This document shows positions 16,224 to 24,715 of a stretch of DNA of 36,054 nucleotides, in pieces. The stretch is from assembly GCA_036351155.1 (NCBI GenBank), contig JAZBOO010000025.1, forward strand, positions 1 to 36,054, written 5' to 3'. This DNA is from Candidatus Krumholzibacteriia bacterium (lineage in GTDB: Bacteria > Krumholzibacteriota > Krumholzibacteriia > LZORAL124-64-63). Every line of letters starts with the position of its first letter. Within the stretch, counting starts at the first letter, position 1. The notes beneath the pieces were generated by a model. That model made no database searches. It saw nothing but the letters and a program-made list of their open reading frames with translations, and was not told where the DNA came from. The position numbers and the translations under genes were made by a program.

Positions 16224-17978
16224 ATGCGTCGCCCACTGTTTTTACTGTTGCTTGCCGTTTTCTTTGTCTCCGGTGGGGCCTGGGCCCAGGAACCCAGCGA
16301 GTGGGATGTCGATGGGCTGGAGCTCCTCCTGCCGCGCCACGAAACGATGGCGGAGCGTGAATTCTGGCGGGGACGGGAAGACCAGATGCCTCACCTGGAC
16401 CTGCGCGATAATCCTCCGGTGGGCCCGGTACGCAACTGCGCCGAATGGGAACCCACCACCGGCGTGATGGTGCGATATCCCCTGGGCTTGCCCTACAACC
16501 TGCTGCGGGATTTCGACGACCAGGTGACCATCCACGTGGTGGTGTCCAGCACCTACCTGAGCAGTGCCACCAGCGCCCTGACCAGCAATGGGGTGGACAT
16601 GGACAAGGTGGAATTTCTGGTGCGCGCCAACGATTCCATCTGGACCCGCGATTATGGGCCGTGGTTCATCTTCGATGCCAACGGTGAGGTGGGTATTGTC
16701 AATCACACCTACAACCGTCCCTGGCGTCCCAACGACAACAACATTCCCCTGTACTTCGGCCAGAGCCTGGGGCTTCCCGTTTACAGCCACAGCATGTACC
16801 ACACCGGCGGCAACTACATGACCGACGGGGCGGGGTTCAGCTCGTCCACCCGCCTGGTGTACAACGAGGCTTTGAGTGAAAACGGCATGAACGAAAGCGC
16901 CGTCAATGACCTGATGGCCGAGTATTACGGTGTTCAGAATTATCATGTGCTGGACTACATCGAGTCCGGGGGCATCCATCATGTGGACACCTGGGCCAAG
17001 TTCGTGGACGAGGAGAACGTGCTGCTGAAGGAAGTGTGGCCCACGCATCACACCTACAGCACCCTGGAGCAGCGGGCCACCTTGCTGGCCAGCCTGCCCT
17101 CCAGCACCGGCCGCAACTACCAGGTGCATCGGGTGTATTGCTACAATTTCAGTGGCGGCAATCCGGCTTCGTACACCAACAGCATCATTTTAAACAACCA
17201 CATCTACGTGCCGCTCTTTGGCAACGCCTCGTACGATCAGGCGGCCCTGGCGGCCTACCGCAGCGCGGCGCCGGGCTACCAGGTTTCCGGCTACACATAC
17301 TCGGGATTCCTGAGCGACGATGCGCTGCACTGCCGCACCAAGGGCATCATGGACAGCGGCATGTTGCGCGTGGCCCATGTGCCGGTGCGGGACGAGTACA
17401 CCGGCCCCCGGCTGATCACCGCCCAGGTCACGGCCCACAGCGGGGCGGACCTGACGGGGGTCAATCTGCACTACCGTCATGACGGCGGCGCGTGGGAGAT
17501 CCTGTCGATGGACAACCTGCGTGACGGCAATTTCAGTGCGGCCATTCCCGGTCCTGTCTCGGCCGGCCAGTGCGACTACTACATTGCCGCCGCCGATGCC
17601 AGCGGCCGTACCGCCGGCATGCCGCGCACCCAGCCCGCGGCTTTCTACAGTTTTTCCCATCTGCCCAGTACTTCTCCGGCCGAACTGCCGGAAATGGCCG
17701 GTCCCGCGGTGTTGCATCCCAATTACCCCAACCCGTTCAACCCCATGACCACCTTCAGCTTCGAGCTGCGCTATGCCGACCAGGCCGAGCTGACGGTGGT
17801 GGACGCGCGGGGTCACCTGGTGCGGACCCTGGTGCAGGGGCAGCAGGACGCCGGTCGCCACGAGGTGGTCTGGGATGGAAAAGATGAAGGGGGACGGCAA
17901 GTGCCCTCGGGGGTGTACTTCTATCGCCTGCGGGCCGCCGGGCTGCAGTACCCCCGGGCGGCCACGCTGGTCAAGTAG
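16224..17978 (+). CDS. Secreted peptidylarginine deiminase (PPAD-type; agmatine deiminase family) with Ig-like and FlgD-Ig/T9SS-like CTD
   Basis: AEWEP, WTRDYGPWF, YNRPWRPND, GGNYMTDG, HVD, YTNS and DALHCRT; signal peptide; CTD NYPNPFNP...WDGKD...SGVY...LVK. Confidence 0.9.
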   Translation: MRRPLFLLLLAVFFVSGGAWAQEPSEWDVDGLELLLPRHETMAEREFWRGREDQMPHLDLRDNPPVGPVRNCAEWEPTTGVMVRYPLGLPYNLLRDFDDQVTIHVVVSSTYLSSATSALTSNGVDMDKVEFLVRANDSIWTRDYGPWFIFDANGEVGIVNHTYNRPWRPNDNNIPLYFGQSLGLPVYSHSMYHTGGNYMTDGAGFSSSTRLVYNEALSENGMNESAVNDLMAEYYGVQNYHVLDYIESGGIHHVDTWAKFVDEENVLLKEVWPTHHTYSTLEQRATLLASLPSSTGRNYQVHRVYCYNFSGGNPASYTNSIILNNHIYVPLFGNASYDQAALAAYRSAAPGYQVSGYTYSGFLSDDALHCRTKGIMDSGMLRVAHVPVRDEYTGPRLITAQVTAHSGADLTGVNLHYRHDGGAWEILSMDNLRDGNFSAAIPGPVSAGQCDYYIAAADASGRTAGMPRTQPAAFYSFSHLPSTSPAELPEMAGPAVLHPNYPNPFNPMTTFSFELRYADQAELTVVDARGHLVRTLVQGQQDAGRHEVVWDGKDEGGRQVPSGVYFYRLRAAGLQYPRAATLVK

Positions 17979-17992
17979 GGGATCGCGGCGAT

Positions 17993-19129
17993 CTATCTGA
18001 GGGGAAGTTCCAGCCAGAAGGTGGTGCCTTCGGCTTCGCTCGAGTCGAAGCCCACCTTGCCCCCCAGGTACTTTTCTCCCAGCAGCTTCATGCTGTAGGT
18101 GCCGATGCCTCGGCCTTCCCCGCGTGTGGAAAACGACCGCTTGAAGATCTGCATCTGCACCTCAGGGGCGATGTAGGACTCGTTGTGAACCCAGAAGCGC
18201 AGTTTTTTCTCGATTTCATCGCAGCCCAGGGTGACGGTCTGGTCCGCGTTCGAGGCCTCGAGCGCATTTTTCACCATGTTGACCAGAGTTCTCTGCAGCA
18301 GCGTACTTCCGGTGTTCAGGACCTTGCGGACGGCCTGGGGTGAGCGCACCAGATTCTTGCCGACGGCCACCTCGTGGCCGCTCATCAGGTCCATGGCGGC
18401 CCGGATGGCGGTGAGCGAACCCACCGGTTCATCGGTGACCTTCAGCTGTCCGCGTTCGGCAGCTCGCATATCGCGCTGAGCCTCGATGGCCGACACCATC
18501 TGCACCGACTGGTTGACCAGCAGGTGCGCATATTCCTCCACCTCTTCCATGTCCTCGGCATCATCCAGCAGCATGGCCAGGCCCTGCACGCCTCCAGCGG
18601 TGTTCAGGATGTCGTGAAAGAAGGTGCGTTCCAGGATCTCGGCACGTTTTTCATGGGCGATGTCGGTGACCGACAGGATGGTGAAATGTTGCCCCTCGTA
18701 GGTCAGGGGATTGGCGGACACGCGGAGTTCGATGGAGTCCAGGTCGGCAATGGACTGGATGAAGCAATCCTGGGTGTTGGCCTTGGGGTCATGTTTCCCC
18801 AGGATAGCCTGCAAGGCACCGCAGTGGTGGCAGGCCTCGGCGGTGCCACACCCGCCCTCCGTCTCTTTGGAATGGACGCAGGCCAGGGCTTCACCAGGGC
18901 GCAACCCCAGCACTGCTTCCAGGTCGCGATCTTTCAGGACCCTTTGCAAGGCCTTGTTGGTCAGGACGATTTGCCGGTGCTCGTTGAGGATGGCAGCCAT
19001 CTGAGGCATGGCGTCCAGGATGTCACTCACCAGGGAATTCTGAACCAGGGTGTGGTTTTGCCGGGCGATTTCCTGGGTGGAACTCCGGGCTTCACTGGCT
19101 GCGGAGTGTTTGAGCTGGATGGTGGACAT
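17993..19129 (-). CDS. Cytoplasmic sensor histidine kinase with Cys-rich PAS-like domain
   Basis: FFHDILN H-box; NMVKNALEAS, FSTRGEGRGIG and GTTF; input domain CVHS...GCGTAEACHHC. Confidence 0.92.
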   Translation of the reverse strand: MSTIQLKHSAASEARSSTQEIARQNHTLVQNSLVSDILDAMPQMAAILNEHRQIVLTNKALQRVLKDRDLEAVLGLRPGEALACVHSKETEGGCGTAEACHHCGALQAILGKHDPKANTQDCFIQSIADLDSIELRVSANPLTYEGQHFTILSVTDIAHEKRAEILERTFFHDILNTAGGVQGLAMLLDDAEDMEEVEEYAHLLVNQSVQMVSAIEAQRDMRAAERGQLKVTDEPVGSLTAIRAAMDLMSGHEVAVGKNLVRSPQAVRKVLNTGSTLLQRTLVNMVKNALEASNADQTVTLGCDEIEKKLRFWVHNESYIAPEVQMQIFKRSFSTRGEGRGIGTYSMKLLGEKYLGGKVGFDSSEAEGTTFWLELPLR

Positions 19130-19170
19130 GGCTGGTCTTCCGTTGGTTTTTGAAAACAATGCTCAGGGTC

Positions 19171-19197
19171 TTATCGGCTCATAACCCGGTGACTTGA
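19171..19197 (-). promoter_or_regulatory. Sigma28-type promoter of histidine kinase
   Basis: Minus strand TCAAG-N14-GCCGATAA. Confidence 0.7.
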
Positions 19198-19243
19198 CGG
19201 GAAATGGGTCACGCCGGGGCCAGCTAAAATTTCCAATATTGGG

Positions 19244-19273
19244 TTGACGAGAGTTTATTTGGGCTATTAGTTT
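19244..19273 (+). promoter_or_regulatory. Putative sigma70 promoter of RRM gene
   Basis: TTGACG-N18-TAGTTT in an AT-rich tract directly before the first leader hairpin. Confidence 0.45.
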
Positions 19274-19281
19274 TCAATTCC

Positions 19282-19508
19282 GGTTTTGCCGCGTGGGGGA
19301 GGTCATCCGGTTTCTCCATCAGTGCGGCAAACCCATGATATGCAATGATCCCTGACCTCGGGGATTGGATATTCCCTCGACAGTCGAGGGATAGAGTCCG
19401 GCACTCCTGCCGGGCTGGTTTGAAGCCTCAAGGGTCTCTCCCGGAGATAGCCGGTGACCCCGCGGGCTTGGATTAGCCGGAAATCCGGCACATGGAGAAG
19501 ATGCGATT
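19282..19508 (+). ncRNA. Putative structured 5' leader RNA of RRM gene
   Basis: At least five hairpins and an 8-nt anti-SD segment (19312-19319) complementary to 19492-19499. Confidence 0.5.
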
Positions 19509-19814
19509 ATGAAGAAGATCTACCTGGGCAACCTGCCCTTCAGCGCCACCGAGGACGAAATTCGCGATCTGGTCGGTCAGTACGGCACCGTGCATTCGGT
19601 GGCCCTGATCAACGACCGGGAGACCGGCCGCCCCCGCGGCTTCGGCTTCGTGGAAGTGGATGACGAGGCTCTCGACCCCGCCATCCAGGCCCTCGACGGG
19701 TTTGAAATGGGTGGCCGCGCTTTGCGCGTCAACGAAGCCCAGGAGCGTCCTCGCCGGACCGGCGGCGGCGGCGGCTACGGTGGCGGTGGCGGCGGTGGCG
19801 GTGGCCGCTGGTAG
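19509..19814 (+). CDS. RRM (RNP-1) RNA-binding protein with glycine-rich tail
   Basis: RNP2 IYLGNL, RNP1 RGFGFVE, GRALRVNEA, Gly-rich C-terminus. Confidence 0.96.
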   Translation: MKKIYLGNLPFSATEDEIRDLVGQYGTVHSVALINDRETGRPRGFGFVEVDDEALDPAIQALDGFEMGGRALRVNEAQERPRRTGGGGGYGGGGGGGGGRW

Positions 19815-19838
19815 TCTGCCTCTGCTCTGCTCGATGTG

Positions 19839-19877
19839 ACGGCCTCGCTTCTTCGGGAAGCGGGGCCGTTTCCTTTC
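19839..19877 (+). terminator. Intrinsic terminator after RRM gene
   Basis: acggcctcgcttc-ttcgg-gaagcggggccgt followed by ttcctttc. Confidence 0.75.
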
Positions 19878-19891
19878 AAGTGTGCCACCCG

Positions 19892-19907
19892 GGGAACACT
19901 CCTTGCA
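19892..19907 (+). promoter_or_regulatory. Possible sigma54 promoter for the barrel/Calx-beta operon
   Basis: GGGAACA-CTCC-TTGCA with correct GG/GC spacing. Confidence 0.45.
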
Positions 19908-19975
19908 AAGCTCAACCATCGGCGTGAAGTCTTTTGCGCCCCGCGGCACATTTTTGTGAGGTTTGGTTCTGTAAG

Positions 19976-21076
19976 ATGAGTTTTCGCTTGCGGCAAGACG
20001 GTGTCAACCGTGTCCAGGTGGAAGGGTGGATCTTCCTGATCGCCCTTCTGGTGGCTTTTTTTGCCGTTTCCGGGGCCCTGGCCCGGGAGAAATTGCCTGT
20101 GCTTCTCCAGTTCTCCATCCAGGACGAGCATGGCAATTTCTTCTACGAGGGTGAGATAGAATTTTGCACCCCCGAGGGCGAATGCGTGTTTGCCGACATC
20201 CATCCTGGCTTCCCCGGGCACTTTTTCCTGCCGCGCGACGCCCTCAAGCCCGGGGTTCCCTACACGGTTTTCGTTTATGACCTGCAGGTCAATGTTCTGT
20301 TCGAGATGCGGGGCTGGACCTACAACCCGGCCGATTATGACCCGGGCTACAGCCCGTACTTCGAACTGAATCAGTTCCTGATTTTTCCCCACTTCAAGGC
20401 CCATCCGGATCGCCAGCTGACCTTCCACCTGGAAACCACCCTGAATCCCGAGTGGAAAGTGGTGTCGGGGCTGGGCTTTGCCGACCAGGACCTGGACAAT
20501 CTGCCCGACTGGCCCGAGTTCATGGCCTCTCTGACCATGCCGGTCATGCTGGGGGGAAACTTCACCAGCAATGAAGAGGCCGCCGGCGGTGTGGAAAAGG
20601 TGAAGCTGGGTCTGGGCTTTGCGGCCACCTGGCGTTCGAAGTACCCCCGGATCATTCCCGATCGCGACGCCAAGGTGCCTTTCCGTGAACTGCAGGCCAC
20701 CTACAGCCAGAATCGCTACGGCACGATGGGCGTGTACTTTCCCGGCCGCAGCAGCGATGTGACCTTCCACCGCTGGACCCTGAGTTACGGGTTCGGGCGC
20801 ATGGATCAGCCCATGCTGAACCACTGGTCGGTGTCCGGAGCCCTTACGTTCGGCGGGATTTACGACGGAGGCAAGCTGCTGAAGTTCGAGGGGCGGAACT
20901 ACTTCATGGTCGGGGGCGGGCTCAAGGCCCGCTACCTGCACGGAATATTCAGTCGGAACAACCTCACGGTGGGCCTGGACGCCCAGCTGGAGTGGATGTT
21001 CTACACGGGTGGCGAAGAGGGCGACCACTGGTACGGGTCGGCCCCGGCCGGCTCCATCGGAATCACGGTGTACTAG
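19976..21076 (+). CDS. Hypothetical exported protein: N-terminal beta-sandwich-like region plus probable outer membrane beta-barrel
   Basis: Signal peptide (..SGALA); alternating amphipathic strands in C-terminal half; ends GSIGITVY; start uncertain. Confidence 0.65.
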   Translation: MSFRLRQDGVNRVQVEGWIFLIALLVAFFAVSGALAREKLPVLLQFSIQDEHGNFFYEGEIEFCTPEGECVFADIHPGFPGHFFLPRDALKPGVPYTVFVYDLQVNVLFEMRGWTYNPADYDPGYSPYFELNQFLIFPHFKAHPDRQLTFHLETTLNPEWKVVSGLGFADQDLDNLPDWPEFMASLTMPVMLGGNFTSNEEAAGGVEKVKLGLGFAATWRSKYPRIIPDRDAKVPFRELQATYSQNRYGTMGVYFPGRSSDVTFHRWTLSYGFGRMDQPMLNHWSVSGALTFGGIYDGGKLLKFEGRNYFMVGGGLKARYLHGIFSRNNLTVGLDAQLEWMFYTGGEEGDHWYGSAPAGSIGITVY

Positions 21077-21078
21077 AC

Positions 21079-24000
21079 ATGAAAATGGGTTTCAGAACAT
21101 GGCACAGCATTCCGGCGGCAGTCCAGCTGCTGGTTCTGGCTTGCCTGGTTCTGGCCTGGGGCTGCGACCGGACCGACAACGACTGGGGCATGTACGACCC
21201 CGATCTCAAGCTCATCCACATCGACACGGACACCTTGCGGCTGGACGAGGCCGGGGGCGCCCAGCGGTTCGACGTGGCCATCGGCATGGTGCCCGATGAC
21301 ACGGTTTTCGTCTACCCGGTGAGCCTGGACACCCAGGTGGCCGTACGTCCCGAGTCCCTGTTCTTCGCGCCGGTGGATGACGACTGGTTAAAGCCGCGCA
21401 TCTTCGAGGTCGAGGCCATCGAAGACAGGCGGGAGGAAGGCGACCACTTCGACCAGATCGCCTTCACCGTGCGGTCCAATGATCCGGCTTACGATGGGCA
21501 GGCATTCGATGTATTGATCCCGGTCTTGCTGAGGGACAACGACACCGCGGGGGTGCTGGTGTCGGAAACCCGGCTCACCCTGGTGGAGTCGGACCTCGGC
21601 GCGGTGTACGAGAGCTATCGCTTGAAGCTGGCCTCCGAACCCGCCATGCCGGTGACGGTCGATTTGACCATCACGCCCGAGGAACCCAGTCTGCACGTGT
21701 CGCCCACCAGCGTGCTGTTCGATTCGGACAACTGGGACACCGAGCAGGAGATTTCCCTGTGGATCGAGCTGGACAGCATCGATTTCGATTACCAGAGCCT
21801 GGTGATCAGCCACAGTGCGGCCTCCATCGACACCCACTATGGGCCGAGCCTTGCCATTCCCACCATCGATCTGGAAATCTTCGACGACACCCTGCCGCCG
21901 GTGGCCACCGTGGCTCCCGTTCCGGCTACCGACCTGGTCGATGAGAACTCCACCACCGGCTACGACGTCACCGTGACCCTGAGTCGCCCCAGCGCGATCC
22001 CGGTTGTGGTCCACCTGGCCACCATCGATGGCACCGCCCGGGCGGGAATCGATTATGTGGGTCTGGACCAGGATCTGACCTTTGCGCCAGGTGATCCTTT
22101 GAGCCAGACCCTGACCGTGATGCCGCTGGACGACGCGAGCCTGGAGGAAACCGAAAATCTGGAAGTGGTGATCACGGCGGTGTCCGGCTGCGTGATCGGG
22201 GCCGAGGACCGGGTCGACATCCGCATCCTGGACGACGATGTGGTGGTCCTGACCTTGACGGCCACCGACACGGACGAGGACTCGGGGGCGGCCGATTTCG
22301 AGGTGTCCATTCCCGTGGCCGCCGAGTTCCCGGTCAGCTTCACCTTCGTGACGGCCAACGGGACCGCTCTGGCGGGCGAGGACTACCAGGCGGTGGACGA
22401 GGCCTTCGTGCTGGAGCCGGGCGAACTGTCCCGCACCATTCCGGTGGTCCTGCAGTCCGATGATGTTCACGAACCCGACGAGACCTTCACCGCCGCGCTG
22501 ACCGACATCTCCGTCAACGCCTCGTGGGCCGGTCCGCCCGTGGTGTGCACCATCCTGAACGATGATCCGCAGAACATCGTGTTCGAGGATATCACCCACC
22601 ACGAAATGGATGGCACGGCGGTTTTCAGCCTGACTCTGCTGCGCCCCTATCCCCAGGATGTGAATCTGACGGTGCGCACCCTGGAGGGCGATGGATTGAA
22701 TGGCGCGGCCGATGAGGTCGATGCCCTGGAGGGCCCGGATTATGCGGGCACCAGTGGCTCCAGCTGGACCCTGCCGGCGGGGGCCACCTCCGGGACCTTC
22801 CCGATCACCTTGATCAATGATGGTCAGGCCGAATCGCTGGAGGAGTACTTCCGGCTGGAGATCAGCAGTTCCAGCCATCCGGATTTCCTGGGACTGACCG
22901 CCCGGTGCACCTTGATCGACGATCATCAGCCCTGCCTGGCGGCCGGTGATGTGGTGGTGCCGGAAAGTGGGGGGGCGGCCACCTTCACCCTCGGGCTGTT
23001 CGACGAGGCGGGGTTGCCGGTGACCAGTGAGGCCGATGTGACCCTGCAGGTCGACACCATGGACCAGACGGCCTCGGCCGGCAGCGATTACGATGCCGTT
23101 TCGATGCTGGTGACCATTCCCCGTGGGCAGGCCGCCATCAGCATTCCGGTGACGGTGAACGACGATCCTCACGACGACGACAACGAAACCTTTGTGCTGC
23201 TGATCACCGATCCCGTCAACGCGGTGGGCAACTGCGACACCGAGCCGCCGTTTGCCACCATCATCGACGACGAGTTCCCCTCCATCAACATCCAGTCGGT
23301 GGCGCGCAGGCTGAACGAGGGGTCGGTCTTCACCTTCAACGTGAGTCTGACCACCCAGCGCCAGACCACCACCACCTTCGACCTGGACCTCCTGCCGGGC
23401 ACCAGCCAGGGCGAGAGCGTGGATTACAGTTTTGCGGACACCGGACCCCAGTCCATTCCCCCGTTCACCGACTTCATCACCTTCACGGTGCCCTTCCTGG
23501 ACGACCAGCTGGAAGGGGAACTGGACGAGGTGATCGAGGTGACCATTGCCAACGCCAACTGTGCGCTGGGCGTGATCTCGCTGGAAGCGACCATCGTCGA
23601 TGCTCCTGAACTGAGCATCGTGGGGGACAATGTGCTGGAAGGCGAGGTGGCCTACTTCACGGTGACCGCCGACGCCCCGAGCACCGCGGACATGACCTTC
23701 CAGGTCCAGCACTCAAGCGGCACGGCCATAACCGGGGTCGATTTCTCGGACGCCAACACGGGACCTTTCACCATTCCAGCCGGCGATACCGCCTTCCTGG
23801 TGCCTGTGGCCACGGTAGGCTCCGACGGGGGCGACAATGCTCTCGAAGAGTACTACGTGACCTTGATCAGTCCGAGCAACGCGACCAACAGCCCGTTCAA
23901 CAGTGCCCCGGGACAGATCACCGACGGGGACCCGCCCACCTTGACCTGGTCCGGGACCGCATCGGCGACCGAGGGCGATGACATCATCTTCACGGTGAAT

Positions 24001-24600
24001 CTGGACTGGGCCAGCACGGCCAGCGTGCAGTTCAGCGTGTCGTTCACCGATGGCACGGCCGCGCGTCTGGGTATCGACTACGATGATGCGAACATGGGGC
24101 CGTTCACCGTGGCGCCGGGCAACCTGTTCTATCAGGTGGCCGTGCCCACCACCGTGGATGGGCTGCCGGAACTGGCCAGCGAGGACTTCACCATCACCCT
24201 GCATTCGCCGGTCAACGCCTTGCTGGGGACCCCCGCTTCCACCACGGGATTTGTGCTGGACGGCGACCAGCCCGAGCTGAACTTCCAGGTAGACCAGTCG
24301 GGCATCGAGGGCACCACCTTGACCTTCACCGTGGAGCTGAGCACGGTCACCACAGTGCCGGTGTTCTTCGACATACAGTTCGATAACGGATCCACCCAGG
24401 GCGCCCTGGACTTCGACGTCACCAACGTGGGGCCCTTCTTCATCGCCGCCGGCAGCGCCACAGCCACCGTCACCGTCGATACGATCGACGATGTTGAGCT
24501 GGAAGGGGCCGAAAGCTTCATCATCCGGGTGGCCAACCCCGTGAATGCCGTGCCGGGTGTAGATTTCGAGGCCAGCGGCACCATCTTCGACAACGACTGA
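21079..24600 (+). CDS. Large acidic lipoprotein with multiple Calx-beta domains
   Basis: Lipobox LAWGC; repeated TxDGTAxxGxDY...DDxxxExxE.F...IxDxD units. Confidence 0.92.
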   Translation: MKMGFRTWHSIPAAVQLLVLACLVLAWGCDRTDNDWGMYDPDLKLIHIDTDTLRLDEAGGAQRFDVAIGMVPDDTVFVYPVSLDTQVAVRPESLFFAPVDDDWLKPRIFEVEAIEDRREEGDHFDQIAFTVRSNDPAYDGQAFDVLIPVLLRDNDTAGVLVSETRLTLVESDLGAVYESYRLKLASEPAMPVTVDLTITPEEPSLHVSPTSVLFDSDNWDTEQEISLWIELDSIDFDYQSLVISHSAASIDTHYGPSLAIPTIDLEIFDDTLPPVATVAPVPATDLVDENSTTGYDVTVTLSRPSAIPVVVHLATIDGTARAGIDYVGLDQDLTFAPGDPLSQTLTVMPLDDASLEETENLEVVITAVSGCVIGAEDRVDIRILDDDVVVLTLTATDTDEDSGAADFEVSIPVAAEFPVSFTFVTANGTALAGEDYQAVDEAFVLEPGELSRTIPVVLQSDDVHEPDETFTAALTDISVNASWAGPPVVCTILNDDPQNIVFEDITHHEMDGTAVFSLTLLRPYPQDVNLTVRTLEGDGLNGAADEVDALEGPDYAGTSGSSWTLPAGATSGTFPITLINDGQAESLEEYFRLEISSSSHPDFLGLTARCTLIDDHQPCLAAGDVVVPESGGAATFTLGLFDEAGLPVTSEADVTLQVDTMDQTASAGSDYDAVSMLVTIPRGQAAISIPVTVNDDPHDDDNETFVLLITDPVNAVGNCDTEPPFATIIDDEFPSINIQSVARRLNEGSVFTFNVSLTTQRQTTTTFDLDLLPGTSQGESVDYSFADTGPQSIPPFTDFITFTVPFLDDQLEGELDEVIEVTIANANCALGVISLEATIVDAPELSIVGDNVLEGEVAYFTVTADAPSTADMTFQVQHSSGTAITGVDFSDANTGPFTIPAGDTAFLVPVATVGSDGGDNALEEYYVTLISPSNATNSPFNSAPGQITDGDPPTLTWSGTASATEGDDIIFTVNLDWASTASVQFSVSFTDGTAARLGIDYDDANMGPFTVAPGNLFYQVAVPTTVDGLPELASEDFTITLHSPVNALLGTPASTTGFVLDGDQPELNFQVDQSGIEGTTLTFTVELSTVTTVPVFFDIQFDNGSTQGALDFDVTNVGPFFIAAGSATATVTVDTIDDVELEGAESFIIRVANPVNAVPGVDFEASGTIFDND

Positions 24601-24715
24601 CACTGGCTCTGGCGCCGTGCCGTCCTTCCGTGTATACCATCATATGATCAGTGACTGTTTACCCTGCTTTGGGGTCCCATGGATTGGACCTCCTCCGAAA
24701 GGAATAGCCATCTTC

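Noticed and set aside
19761..19806. GGC/GGT trinucleotide run
   Set aside because: Encodes the normal glycine-rich tail of the RRM protein
19944..19959. Second sigma54-like sequence CGGCACATTTTTGTGA
   Set aside because: No GC at -12 with correct spacing
21388..23712. 774-aa antisense ORF and similar long shadows (5268-6479, 12376-13596, 14358-16142, 24659-26572, 29696-31582)
   Set aside because: They overlap well-supported genes on the opposite strand, carry no motifs, and are expected from high-GC codon bias
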